Of a stretch of DNA of 64,000 nt, positions 24,901 through 37,430 are shown in pieces; positions within the stretch are counted from its first letter, which is position 1, and the number at the start of each line of letters is the position of its first letter. Source of the stretch: Podarcis cretensis (taxonomy: Eukaryota). The position numbers were made by a program, and so were the translations under genes. Location of the stretch: assembly GCA_951804945.1 (NCBI GenBank), contig OX638149.1, forward strand, positions 33,046,001 through 33,110,000, written 5' to 3'. The notes under the pieces were generated by a model, which was not told where the DNA came from, did no database searches, and worked only from the letters and a program-made list of their open reading frames with translations.

Positions 24901-27900
24901 CTGGCTTTCATTAATGTGGTGTTGTATGCATTTTTGTTTCAGTTCAAAATGAAGAGGCTGAAAAGTGACATGGCCAGTTACTGGCCCCACCTGAAGTAAC
25001 AGTTAAAGTAAAATGAAGAGGTTGCATTTTCCTTGCCTTACACTGTATAAATAATTTTAATAAACCAGATATTCTCATTTAAAAGTTTAGGTTACATATA
25101 ACATACACAAAAAAGCAGTTTTGTTTGGGCCAGTTGAAAATCACAAGCCACTCCCAGGCAGTTAAAACACACAAACAGTGTTTTAAAAACCACACTGAGT
25201 GTATTTGCAAAATAGAAATGAGCTTTTTCTGTTTCAGATTTCTGTACTTTGGCTGACTTTCTGAATTTGATCGTTCCATAGCAGGACCTGCATACAGTCT
25301 GCAGTGCTCAGCAAAGTCATAGCTATAGCAACTCTATGCACCTGTGAGTCTTTAAGTGGTATTTGAAGTGGGCCGGCCACACAAATGTCCTGTCACAGCC
25401 CTCAACTGTACATTTCAACTTTTTCTCCACCCGAGGCAAGTGAGGGATAGGGCTGGATTCTTTCGGTTGAGGGTCTCCTGAGCAAACATGAACATTTTCA
25501 CCTGGAAGGGGTAAAAAAAAATAAAAAAATACAATGTTAAGATGACAGTGATACATAGGAGGGGGGGGGAAACTCACCTAAATACATTTAAAAAGAGAAA
25601 CATTTCTGCTCATTTTGTTTAGTCAGCCCCCTGAAGTAGATGATTTTCTTCATACTTCAAATCTGTACTCTCCCAAATTTTCAGGAGGTTCCATTTTCTT
25701 ATGCAAAATTTACCATTTCTAAGGGCAGGAGCAGTGGGGGTGGTGAAATGCTAGCATAGAAAGCTGCTTTATAACCAGTCACCACTGGTCCATCTGGCTT
25801 AGCACTGACCACTCTGACTAGTAAGTTTCCCAGGGTTTCAGACTGGAAGCGTTCCCAGTCCTACCTGGAGAGATTGAGCCTTCTTCATCCAAAGCTAGTG
25901 CTCTGCCAACTGAGCTATAATCCTTTCCCAGAGGTAGGGGGAGGGTAGAGAAAGCACGTTAAAATAATAAAGCACTACCTTCCACATTTTTGCATACCTG
26001 TTCACATTCACTGTTTCCCTGACTTGCTGTCGCTGCTTGGTCGCCTTCTTAAAAACAAAACACAAAACTAGAAAGGGCTTCTTCACTATGTGATCCCAGC
26101 CAACTCACAGATCTCATAGTAAAACTGGCACAACGTGGCCAGCTGTAGTTGTGTGACACCAGCGAGGGCAAACAATGCTGTTCAATTGCTCTCACACTTA
26201 GGGGGGAAAGAGACAACTGAGAGGACTCATACCATGTTAAGCTGGCAGTTTCACTATCTTACTATCATTATGCAGCATATTTTTCTCCTGACCGAGCTCC
26301 CATTGCACATAGTTAGGCATGCCTAATGGACAGAACAGGCATGGAGATGTGCATCCCATTATAAGCAGTGCCGTACAAACAGATGAAGTTGCGACGGAAT
26401 GCAAACCATTTCTTTTTGAATGTGTTACTTCCAATGGAATGTGCGTCCCAATCTCATCGGCAAGAAATCGACGACACACAATTGGATTAAGGAAGGGAAC
26501 ATCAGGCTGGTTACCTCAGCAATGGAGCTGCGTTTGCCAAGCATCAGCAACTCCCAGGTATACCTAGCATTCAGCAGGTTGCATGGCCCAGCAGTCATGC
26601 AGCAACAACTGGTGAAAACAGCTCAGAGCCAGGAGCTACTAAACCCCAGAACTCCGTTTACCCTCACAGCCATGATACTGAAAACCAGATATTGCCCAGC
26701 CCTATTAGGGACATTGAAAGTTTTTTACCTTAAAAGGCAGGAAGTAAATGACTGAAGTTCCCAACAACATATAAGAGCTTTACAGAATTTCCTAAACTCA
26801 TATTATGGGTGAAAGTAACGTTATACCTTGAAAATGAGGAAAAAACCCCAACAGAAATAAAAGCCCTCTTACCATTATTGCTTGCTTTGGCATTCTTTGC
26901 GAGCTGTGCTCGAGTGGCAGCAATCAAACTGTCATGAGCCAGTTCCTGCACTCGCAAAAACCATGGGGTACTGCTGTCGGTGCTATCATTCGAGAAGAAA
27001 TCATTCCCAGAATCTTCTGCTTCATCTTGGACAAACACCAAGTGCTCTGAGGGAGAACCTAGGCCTAGAACGGAGGCAGTTTTCATGAGACAATAAAAAG
27101 GGGAGTAAACTCTCTTGCTTCCCACAATATCACAATGAACCTCTACAGCAGGGATGGCTAACCTCAAGCCCTCAATATGTCATTGCACAGCAAGTCCCTT
27201 CTGCCCCAGTCAGCATGGCCAATGGCCAGGGCAGATGAGAGTTTTAGTTCAACATCATCTGGAGGTGCCACAGGTTAGTTTCCCTGCTCTCCAGCCACTT
27301 TACTGGAAGGAGGTGATGACTCCTGTTAAATGCAGCATTGCCCAAATCTCTTTCTGTGCTTTGAAGTGCTTGATGGAGTTACCTGTTCGTGTTAAATTGA
27401 GAAGGATAAAAGAAGTGCTATCAGTGGGTTGGAGGTCTTGCAATAAGCTGGAAGTATCAGGGCTTGGCAGAAGCTCAGGTGGTTTCTGTACTGTTTGTGC
27501 CCTTGTCTCCTCACCATCAGGGCCAACATTCACCTGGAGGCTTCGCAAAACAGCGGAAGAGGAGACATCCTTTGAGGAGCTAGTATGACCTGGAGAGTCA
27601 TCTAATGAAGAAATTTTAGAAAAAATTTGTGAGATTATGCATTTTATTCAAGACAATCATGCTTTCAGCACAAACGTGATAGAAAACCATTATAAAATCA
27701 GTAACCTTAGCAGTACATTTAATGTTATTTTTAAAAAACTTTTTATTTATACTTTTCAAGTTTATACATTTCATTAATTGTACAATCAATTTAACATTTC
27801 AAAGTTTGACTTCCTTCCCCCTCTTTCTGCAGTTCCTTAAATGTATTTTCTAATATCTTCTGCATATCCAAATTCATTTAATTTGCTCATTTAATTACCT

Positions 27901-29925
27901 ACTTTAAATATATACTCTTTTGAAACTGCAGGTTATTACAATAACCCTATCATGTTTTTATCTGTTTGCAATTTATCTGTAAATATTCAATAAACCATTT
28001 CCATTCTTTTATAAAAAGTTTGTTATCTTGATTTCTTATTCTTCCGGTAAATTTCACCATTTCTGCATATTCCATAAGTAAGAGCGTGGATTCTGGCAAA
28101 GCTGCTAGCAATGATCTAATTAACATTAAATGACTTATTGAGCATTTAATATTAATTAGAGCATTGCTAGCAGCTTTGCCAGAATCTACTCTATTACAAT
28201 TTTATCTCACCATTCCTTGCAAAAGAACTGAACTTTAATAACTGTGCATTACAGGAGTATCCCACATCCAAACACAGCATGCACTCCTATGCACACTTAT
28301 CTGGAAGCAAGCCAAACTGAACTCAGTGGTACTGACTTCCAGGTAGACATGCAGAGAACTGTGTTGTTAATATCTCAGAAATGCAAACAGCATTTGTAGC
28401 ATAATCAGGCTTCAGGTTTTACCTGGCAACATCAGTCTGTTGCATTCTTGGGGTTCAGTAACAGGAAGGAGAGACAAACAGGTTATATCTTTAGGTTCTG
28501 ATTCCACAAGCTCCTGTCCTAGTGGAATAGATGTGTTCTGAACAAATTGAACCAGCAGCTGGGGGGAAAGCAAAGATATTAAAACAGCAACAAATGCTTA
28601 GATCTGAAGCTGAATGCTTTCTGTCAATTCCCCCCCGGTTCCCATTCTACAACTTCAGCTGCAAAAGGCAGTAACACAGAGAAATAGTTCATAAACTACA
28701 CGGTAGTGAATATACTAAAAGTAAATATTATGTCATTCTGAGCTCAACCAAAAGAAATCACCAATGTGAAATAATTACTCACTACTTACTCTGAACTCTT
28801 ATTTCCCTGTGCAAATGTTAATTCTTATGGTAACAAGCATAAACGTTACATGCCCTGTTCTTTGACTAAATTCACAACTACTGTTGCCTTTGCATAGTAG
28901 TTAGTTCATTGGTCTGTATTTTCCACAATAATGGCAGCACAACTCTTCAGAGTTTTAGATTGGGGCCTCTCCCAGCCCTACCTGGACATGCTGGGGCTAA
29001 GCCTGGCACTTTCTGCATGCAAAGCAGAAAATCTACCCCTGAGCTATGGCCCTTCCCCAGCTTGATTTTGAGCTGAAAAGAAGCAACAGGCAACATACAT
29101 GAACCACCCCAAAACACTTTTGCACTGGTCACAGAGTGCAGGCTATATTACACGTGCTGTTAAATATATAACTTAACGTCACATGTATTTTTTATACACA
29201 TTATGTAGTATATTTTGTGGAGAATCAAAACCGTAAAAAGCAGCCTTATTTTCTCTTGCACATCTGATTCCAATGGAAACAACTCTCCGAAGCTGATAAT
29301 GGCAGCTTTCTTCTATACTAAATTACATCAATGGCAGCTTCTTTCCCATGCCAAATAGCAGTTGGGGAAGGGGGGTCAGGACAGTGGAGAAGCAGTAAAG
29401 GATTGGTACACCCCTTCCTTTCATTCTGACTAGCTCCCCTGGCAGCTTTTTACCATGAAGGAAGGCCATAAGCATAACTGCTCTGAGCTGGAAGTCTTTA
29501 TGTCAAGCAATTGGGTGTTATTGGTACCTCAGTATTTTTGCATTAAGAGCCATGTAGACTGTTAAACATTTTTAAATTGTGACATCTGTGCATTGCAATG
29601 CTACATGGGCTTACTCAGAAGTAAGTCACATTGTGAGGCTCACTCCCATGTAAGTTTGCACAGAATTTCTGCTTAAGTGTCACTTGTGATTATAGGTTTT
29701 CAAGTGAGACATTGTGGGTGAAAATCTGATGAGCAATTTTGGAGCCATTAATGAAGCAAAAAAGATTGCATTGTTTCTATGTATGATAACCATATGCCAA
29801 CTACACAAATCACTAGGAAAATTATCATTTGTCATAATAATAATTCCAGAATACAGCCATTGAGCCACAAAACAAATCTAGCGGTTGCTGACCTCTGGTT
29901 TAGACTCTAACTCATCCGATAACAT
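21920..29925 (-). CDS. ZNF410: Zinc finger protein 410 (five C2H2 fingers), ~466 aa
   Basis: Coding exons (minus): 29925-29893, 28558-28423, 27601-27383, 27064-26873, 25501-25342, 24829-24648, 23886-23797, 23365-23240, 22523-22386, 22044-21920 (TAA). 1401 nt, all GT-AG. Starts [26 protein letters not shown]; contains [22 protein letters not shown] and fingers from [23 protein letters not shown] to [22 protein letters not shown]. Confidence 0.97.
22578..22821 (-). mobile_element. Squam3-type tRNA-derived SINE
   Basis: Minus-strand head GAGAGCCTGTGTGGTGTAGTGGTTAAGAG, CORE-like GCTGCTGGGTGACCTTGGGCCAGTCAC, tail GCGGGATATCAAATCCAAA. Confidence 0.75.
27740..28078 (-). mobile_element. LINE-1 3' end fragment
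   Basis: Minus-strand peptide [34 protein letters not shown] resembles a squamate L1 ORF2 C-terminus, followed by an AT-rich 3' UTR and A-rich tail. Confidence 0.65.
28089..28186. repeat. Near-perfect 44-bp inverted repeat with 10-nt loop
   Basis: 28089-28132 versus the reverse complement of 28143-28186: 42/44 identical. Confidence 0.9.
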
Positions 29926-32250
29926 TGATTCAAGTTTCCGATTCCCAAAGTCGATCTGGATAAGGCACAAAGCTTAAGAGTTCAAAGTGAACAACGTTCT
30001 GTGTTTATAAATATATTCCAGCCTCACAGCTTTGTGAGGATCTTCTTAGGAGAAGCCGTAGTAGAGAGCTATTCAGTTTAACCTGAAAAAGAGCCAAATA
30101 TTAAAAATATGACCAACATATTGCCAGTCATGCTGCCATATTTTAAAACATAATTCTTTCTCACACACAAAACAGCAGTAACATAGCGTTGATTCTCTTT
30201 GCTTTCTACCTCCACTCCATGCCTATTAAACTGCAGCTGTTAAATTCCACTGCCAGGGGCCCAGACTTTGCCAGAGATCAGCCTCAAGAAACATTTACAG
30301 TTCTATGGTTCATTACAGGGATATAGTAACAACAATGAAAAGCTTTTATTTGACCATTACAGAATATCATTAATTCCCTCCTACATAACTGCAACAAGCT
30401 TATTTGGAGGTCAGGGCCAAAATTTGGGTGCAAAAATAAACATTTTAATACATAAATACCAGCTCTTAAGCAGCTGTCCATTCTCTCCTGCTTTCAAATA
30501 TGCCCAGAATTCACTTATTTCTCTCTTCCTTCAAACCCATTCCAGATACTGAAACCAAAAGGCTCCCCTGCCCTTCATGACAGTGCCATTGGTGTTACAA
30601 CCACCATATACTGGTACCTCCCATTTTACCTGGCTGTACTACAATGATTATAACCCCCCATGAGCTTACTCAAAGGAACTGGAGGAACTGCAATTCCTAT
30701 AGGAAGTGAGTGGTCATAATCCTTCATGCTACAGAGCACCCAACGGGATATCATTACATTATACGCTGCACAGCATTTGCACACACAGCAGTATGTTAAA
30801 AAATGGGAGCTACTACATCCATTAGAAAGCGCAACAGGGATGCCTGGGTAAGGCCACAAGTCAGAAGCTGAATAGCAACACAGGGGTGGGAATCCAACTA
30901 GTGGTAACACTACTAGAGAAGGGCTACTGAACAATGTCCAGTGTGGGAGGGAAAACACACTCAAAGACAGTAGGAGTTGTTGCCAGGCCACCCCACTGAC
31001 TGCATGGGCCCTGGCAGCCGCCTGTGTGTGCCAGGTGCTGATGTCAGGGCTGGATGTGTTCAAGACCTCTTAATCCTTACTCCCAAGCAGTATGTCTTTA
31101 AAGGTAAAGGGACCCCTGACCATTAGGTCCAATCGTGGCCGACTCTGGGGTTGCGGCACTCATCTCGCTTTATTGGCCGAGGGAGCCGGCGTACAGCTTC
31201 CGGGTCATGTGGCCAGCATGACTAAGCCGCTTCTGGCGAACCAGAGCAGCACATGGAAACGCCGTTTACCTTCCCACCGGAGCAGTACCTATTTATCTAC
31301 TTGCACTTTGACATGCTTTTGAGCTGCTAGGTTGGCAGGAGCTGGGACCGAGCACATCGCGGGGATTCGAACCGCCTTCTGATCAGCAAGTCCTAGGCTC
31401 TGTGTCTGTCTTAAAACCAATTTGCTCACACGTGTCCTCGGTTTTCACTGCCTCTTCCATCTCTCCCTCGTCATCTTCCTCGGCTGCCTATCCTCGATTG
31501 CCGCCCAGGGCTGCTTATTGGAGGGGCATAAATTCGACAAACAACAAAAATAACAAATATCCCGGCTATTATCACGCTAAGCTCTTCACGGCAGGAGCCT
31601 GACTTTTTGTTGTTGACATAACCCTATGAAACCCCACGTGCGCTGATGAAAAGCGGGGAGTGGGAACCATCGCTATACCAATAATCCTAAACTTTTCCTT
31701 ACTTTGAACATTAAGGACCGCGGAGCCTTCCAACCACCCAAGGAGGCGGCGGTTCGTGAAGACCCGGGAGGGTCGGGGGACGGTAAGGAGGTTCATCCAA
31801 CAACACGACCCCTCGTGAAACACCCAAGAACTTTCCGGGGCCTAAGCAACAAGCAGGTCACCTTCTGGACGGAGTCACCCGGAGTCTCCCGCCAGCCCCT
31901 GGGTCCGGGCGGGCGCTGAGAGGGGAAGAAGCAAAGACCCGTCCCATATCGGCGACAAGGCCGAGGCGGACCCAGGGCTGAGAGGGAAGGGCTTCTCTCA
32001 CGGACCGGGCTGGACCCAAGAGCTGAGGGAAAGGGGAGCAGGTAGGCGGCGGGGGCCACACAGTGGCGAGACCACCCCGAGTGAGCGAAGGGAGCGCGCG
32101 GGCGGAGGGCGCGTAAACGACGTCTTCTCGCGCCCCCTCCTCTCCCCCCCCCCAGCTCCTTCCTTCCCCGAGACGAGCGTTTCTTACCGGCATCTCAGAA
32201 TCGTCCGGATATGACGCGCACAGCCATCGAAAATGCCTCGCTCCCATCTA
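29926..32250 (-). other. ZNF410: ZNF410 5' UTR: non-coding exon 1 (donor after 32188) and 5' part of exon 2 (acceptor before 30082)
   Basis: Strong donor CCG|GTAAGA in the CpG island; acceptor TTTTTCAG|GTTAAAC 157 nt upstream of the ATG. The TSS cannot be determined from sequence. Confidence 0.6.
31099..31404 (-). mobile_element. Sauria (Squam1) SINE, slightly 5'-truncated with small internal deletions
   Basis: AAAGGTAAAGGGACCCCTGACC tail, central GTTTACCTTCCCACCGG, B box GGGGATTCGAACC. Confidence 0.85.
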
Positions 32251-32800
32251 GAACAGACCATAGAGAGAGGGAGAGAGAGACGAGCGCGTCGCACCTTTGC
32301 TGCTCGGCCGGCCCTTAACAAAAAAAACCCCACAACAACCCACGACTGCGTAGAGGTAGAAGATTCGCCTCTGAATGCGTTCCCCACTTCCGGTTTCCGT
32401 TGGAATACCGCCATATACGCAGCTGGTGCAGAATAGAGAACTAGAGTCCGTCCGTTGCACCTTAAAAAGCAGGGCGGGGTTTTTTTGTGTGTGTGGCATG
32501 TGTGGGTTTTTGTTGTTTTTGTCGCAGCGGACTAACGCAGCTCCCCGGCCCCCATTTCACAGTGCAAAATGGGAGAGTGGGTAGTACAGTGCACTATTCT
32601 ATTTCGTTGCATTGGTTACCCCCCATGCTCAATTTAGAACCGGAAGTGTAAAATCCCACTGAGCCTGTGACTCTATGCTGCACGAAGAAAGACGCCGGCC
32701 AGGACGCCCGTAGCTTCCGGCTCGCATAGCAAGCGCCGCCCCCTTTTCTGACGTCATGTTCTAGTAGCGTGGGGTGCTTGCTGCGTGTTCTTACGGATGT
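31700..32800 (-). promoter_or_regulatory. ZNF410 CpG-island promoter
   Basis: CpG-rich; ETS-type ACTTCCGG at ~32386 and CCGGAAGT at ~32640; palindromic CRE TGACGTCA at ~32749. Confidence 0.7.
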
Positions 32801-34857
32801 TCTCTGGAATCTATTTACTATGCAGCGGTTTGATCAAGTCCCAGTATATTTGACGGATATTTTTGGGTGCCTAGCCTGAAACCTCCTGCTCGTTCTCTAA
32901 ACCAGACTGTCATTGATCCAGATAATTAATGGCCACAAATCTAATATTAAAAAATGGTAATGCTTAGTATCCGTGGGTTGAGTCCGGGTGTATTTCGGTC
33001 TCTCTGGATATTGAACATCCGACTTTGCCACACTTCAGCAAAAAAGGGATTGTTAAGCTGGGATTGATATGCAAGTTTCACACTTAACAAGACATGAGCT
33101 AAATGCAAAATGGGAATTTATTTAAAGTAGAAAAGAATTTCACCTCCTTATGTGCTTATGCGTGGCATTTAGCTTGCTTTGCAGATCTGTTATCGGTTGG
33201 GAGTCTGATCTTTTACCCTTTGCTTGTTTGCATTTGTGTTCCACTTACTAATGGAACACACACATCTGTTTGTTTTTGGGCTTTCTGACCTCGCATTCCT
33301 CACCCACCCTTATTTTGTCACCACTACACATGTGTATGCCATGTACATATCTGCAAGCTGAAGATACCATTTTATGCATCTAATGATACATCTGGCTGAG
33401 CCTACTTTATGCTAAAGTGTGTTGTTTTTTGCTGCAGAAAAGTAATGACTGCCTTTCTAGAACACGGCAGTAGCCAGCAAAATGATGAGAAAGCGAATGA
33501 TGTCACTTGAAACTAGTGAGACCTAGCTATATTGGATATGGCTCTTACAGAGCGGAGCTGCAAAAGAGCCAGACATACAAACTGAATCAATGAGAGACTA
33601 GATATTCTGTTAGATTTACAATTCATGCAGTCATCCTTTACTCTTAACCCCCTAATACAGTGGTTTTCAACCAGTGTGCCGTGGCACCCTGGAGTGCCTT
33701 GAATGGTGGGCAGGGGTGCTGCTGGCAACACTGGCCTCTGCCATTCTTTCCTCCCCTCTTCTGGTGCCCTCTCACGTTTCTGTCTCCCAAAGGATTGCAT
33801 AGCTGTTTGCTGCAGCAGCCCTGACTACAAGCTCCCTGGGTGAATGGTGCCTCTAGGACTGGCCAGAGGGTGCTTCCCAGGCCCCTGTAGGGCAGTGGGA
33901 GGAGGCACCTCTCTTTGGGGTGGTGGGGGCAGCAGCTGTGGCTGCCCAGAGGACTCCCAATGAAAGGGGAGAGGAGAAGAGACTGAGGGAACACTCCACA
34001 AGGGAGGGTGTTTGAAAAAAGGGTGAGAGGCTGCCAGCTCTACAGGCAAGGAGGGACAGAACTGGGCTCCTGAGCCCCACAGGAGTGCCACAGAAAGAAT
34101 GTAGTTGGTCAAGGGACCCAAAACCCAGAAATGCATTTTAAATAAAAGCACACATTAAACTTGTGTAAAAACACCAGGTAGGCTCCACAAATAACCCAGA
34201 GATGCATTTTAAATAAAAGGACACATTCTACTCATGTAAAAACACGCTGATTCCCAGACCATCCGTGGGCCAGATTTAGAAGGCGATTGGGCCAGATCCG
34301 GCCCCCGGGCCTTAGTTTGCCTACCCATGCTGTAGAAAGTCCATTATGAACTTTCTTGACTCTGTTACCAGTCTGATCTCAAAACATGTCCTGGAAGCAT
34401 TCAGGAGACATCCTGATTTCCTCACACCTTGTATAAAGATTAGCATATGTAAATCTAACTACCATTAAAATTAACTTAACAGATGAATGGATGCCATAAA
34501 GGTAATAGTGGGATGAACTTTGAGACAGGAGGCAGACAAGGATGGCTGGTTCAGTCATCAGTTCACTAGGATCATGTTTTTTCAACTATTACGGTAATTA
34601 AGCAAGATGGGCGAAGTGGGAAATAGGCAGGAAAGTAGGATAAATTCAATAGCACAATATTTGATTTATGGTTAGTTTGTTAGAGCTTGGAAAAAGCTAA
34701 CTCAATGTTCTCAATGAACCAATACACACTCTACCTTAGAGATAGGTATGCCTATCCTTTTCTTTACTTGCTGTTGATGTGGGCTCTGGGGCACAATTGT
34801 CATACTCACTTTCTGTAGAATTTTGAGAATAGTAAGGGATTATTTAACTCTTTAGAT

Positions 34858-35006
34858 CAAGGTGCTTTTTTCTGGGGGGACGCAGAGGTACGCATACCCC
34901 TAAACATTTTGTGAATCTAAGTTTGGCCTCATTGATGGGCAGTATTACAATATGAGTAGGAAAATGAGAGTACCCCTGAACATTTTTTTTAGGAAAAAAA
35001 GCACTG
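34858..35006. mobile_element. Small hAT-like MITE
   Basis: Imperfect terminal inverted repeats GTGCTTTTTT...AAAAAAGCACTG with two internal TACCCCT(A/G)AACATTTT copies. Confidence 0.5.
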
Positions 35007-36429
35007 TGCTGCTTGCATAAATTTTGCTTTCTTAATTGGCATTAATATATTCTCCCACTTTCATTTCATATAATACATCAAGTTTTATTCCGTTTGTGTA
35101 AGAACTTATTGTGGGCATAAGGTTAAGAGTAAACACATATTCTCGACAGACGCATGTCGTAACTCTAGCAAAAGATCCTAAACCTCTTGGTAGTGTATGA
35201 ATACACAAGTGCTGGGCACACGTGTGGTTTCAGACACATACTTTGTAACAGCACAAAAGCCTGTATTAAAGCATTGTATCTATAAGCTGTGTTGCCAGAG
35301 ACCTTAGAAAAGTGCCTGTGCTCTTGCATATGGTGGAGACATTGCATCATGACATCAACTCAGCATATTTTGACTGTGTGTACTTGTGAATTATGAACTC
35401 ACAGTTCAGTTGTGCCTGAGCAGTGACATCAGCACTGAGCAAATAACACCCTATATTTGGAAACAATGCTATATCTAAAGTGACCATGCATAAGCCTGAT
35501 CCTGTACATGCTAGCTTAGAAGTAGGTCCTTATTAGTGAAATGGGGTTTACTCCTAAGCAAGTACATTTAGGACTGCAGCCATTAAAGGTATATGGATGT
35601 TATGTGAACGCTTGTTTATGAAAGTGTGTTTAGGTAGTATGCCTTCATAATTGCAAGAGGAAATAAAAAAGCACCACCATCATCGATACTGTAATCATTA
35701 CTACCATCACAAAATTGCCTATCATTGTGGCAAGTGCTGCAAAGGGTAGGCTTCCATATCCAAGAAACATATACTATAAACTCCTGCCAAACCCATGCCA
35801 CTAAAAGCCATTCACCACATGTCACTTGTGGATGGCTGGCTTTACCTTCAGTGCAGCAGTATTCCTAAATTCAAGAGTTCCTTTTTCTACACAGGGAATG
35901 AATGGCAACTATTCATTTATATGGGAGAAAGTTAAGGAGTCACTTGGGAATACCACCGAGCTGAAATCCCTTCCTCTCTTCCATGCTCCTGGTGACCCCC
36001 TGCATCGCTGTGTTCTTTCAATTGCACGTTGGCAGCCTGGTTTATTTATTGGCCAAAAAAGAAAGTGACAGGATTTTGGGAACTGGCAGCTGACAAATGA
36101 TACTGCTAGTGGTGTGCTAGGGTTTTCTGCCCAAGATCATGGTGTCATGTAAGAGTAGGAGTGGAAGAACCCGAGACACACACGTTCCTGGGTTGCAACT
36201 CTCATCATGCCTGACCATTTGTCATGCTGACTGGAGATGATGGGAGTTGAAAGTCCAATAACATTGGAGAGTCACAGATTGTGTGAGAGGATGCGTGATT
36301 TATATTCCGAGGGAAGATGGCCAGGAAATGGTTCTGCTCTTCAGCTAAGGGCTGCCAAATTGGCCTTTGGTTCCTTCCATCTCTAAGAGCACTCTGTTCA
36401 CCTTTCCGGCCACAAAGCAGTAGAATTAT

Positions 36430-36740
36430 ATGTCGCCCATCTGACTGGGTTGCCCCAGCCACTGTGGGCAGATCCAAAAACACAAGAAAACATCAACATT
36501 AAAAACTTCCCTAAACAGAGCTGCCTTCAGATGTCTTCTAAAAGTCAAATAGTTCATTTCCTTGACAACTGGTGGGAGGGCACCACTCCCGAAAATGCCC
36601 CCTGCCTGATTCCCTGTAACTTCTCACAGTGAGGGAACCATCAGGGGCCCTGGGAGCTGGACCTCGGTGTCCAGATGGAGACACTACTTTGCGTATTCAA
36701 GGTGAGGCCATTTAGGGCTTTGAAGGTCAGCACCAGAACT
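36430..36740 (-). mobile_element. Older LINE-2 3' fragment
   Basis: Homologous to 10090-10400 (CCCATCTGACTGGGTTGCCCCAGCCAC, AAAAACTTCCCT, CTGCCTTCAGATGTCTTCT). Confidence 0.7.
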
Positions 36741-36929
36741 GTGAACAAAATTGTTATTTTGCACACTAGTCATGCTCATGCCTCTGATACAAATGAAAGA
36801 GGACAGGGAAAATATTTTCCCTCTGCTCTTATCTGCCAAGGAAAAAATAAAAAAAATAAACTCCTCTTAGGTGCTTGCCTATTCCAGCCCTTAAAATTAT
36901 CCTGGAATAAACTGCTTCATTTTAACAGG

Positions 36930-37430
36930 CGGGCGATGTTCGAATTTTGGAAAGATGCAGAAACACCGGGCGTCTTCATCGCCGCGCGGGGGACTTTGTG
37001 CAGGCGCTCCTAGGCGGCAGCGCCTCCCGTGGTTCTTCTAAGCGTCCCCGCGGCCTTGCAAAGGGAAAAATCCAGGTCGGCTATCGCGCCGCGCTCCCCC
37101 TCCTCCGCGAAACTTTCGTTAGGTGGCATCCATCAGCCACGCCAGCCCTTCTCCGCGCGCTGAGTCATGAGAGCAACAGTTCCCCGCCACCCCCGCCGGC
37201 TGAGCGCACTTTGGTACGCTCCGCCTCCGCCTCTCCCTCCCTCTCGGCGCGTTGGTGCGTTCCATCCCGCCCCGACAACCCAACCCGGGAGCCCAATGGT
37301 ACATCTCGCCCTCCCCCTGCGGCTGCGAGCAGTGGTTGGCTCCGGCGGCGGCGGCGGCGGCAGCGGCAGCAGCAGCAGCAGCAGCAGAGTCCCGTCCGGT
37401 CCCGCCCCGCCTCCCTCCGCCTTGTCATTG
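36930..37430 (+). promoter_or_regulatory. FBXO33 CpG-island promoter / 5' UTR with (GGC)n(CAG)n repeat
   Basis: CpG-rich; AP-1 TGAGTCA at 37161; GC boxes; CCAAT at ~37293; trinucleotide run at ~37343-37387. Confidence 0.7.

Noticed and set aside
26352-26363. CATCCCATTATA, an 11/12 match to the ZNF410 binding motif CATCCCATAATA, inside ZNF410 intron 5 (autoregulation?)
   Set aside because: About 0.3 such one-mismatch hits are expected by chance in 64 kb on both strands, and known functional ZNF410 targets have dense motif clusters.
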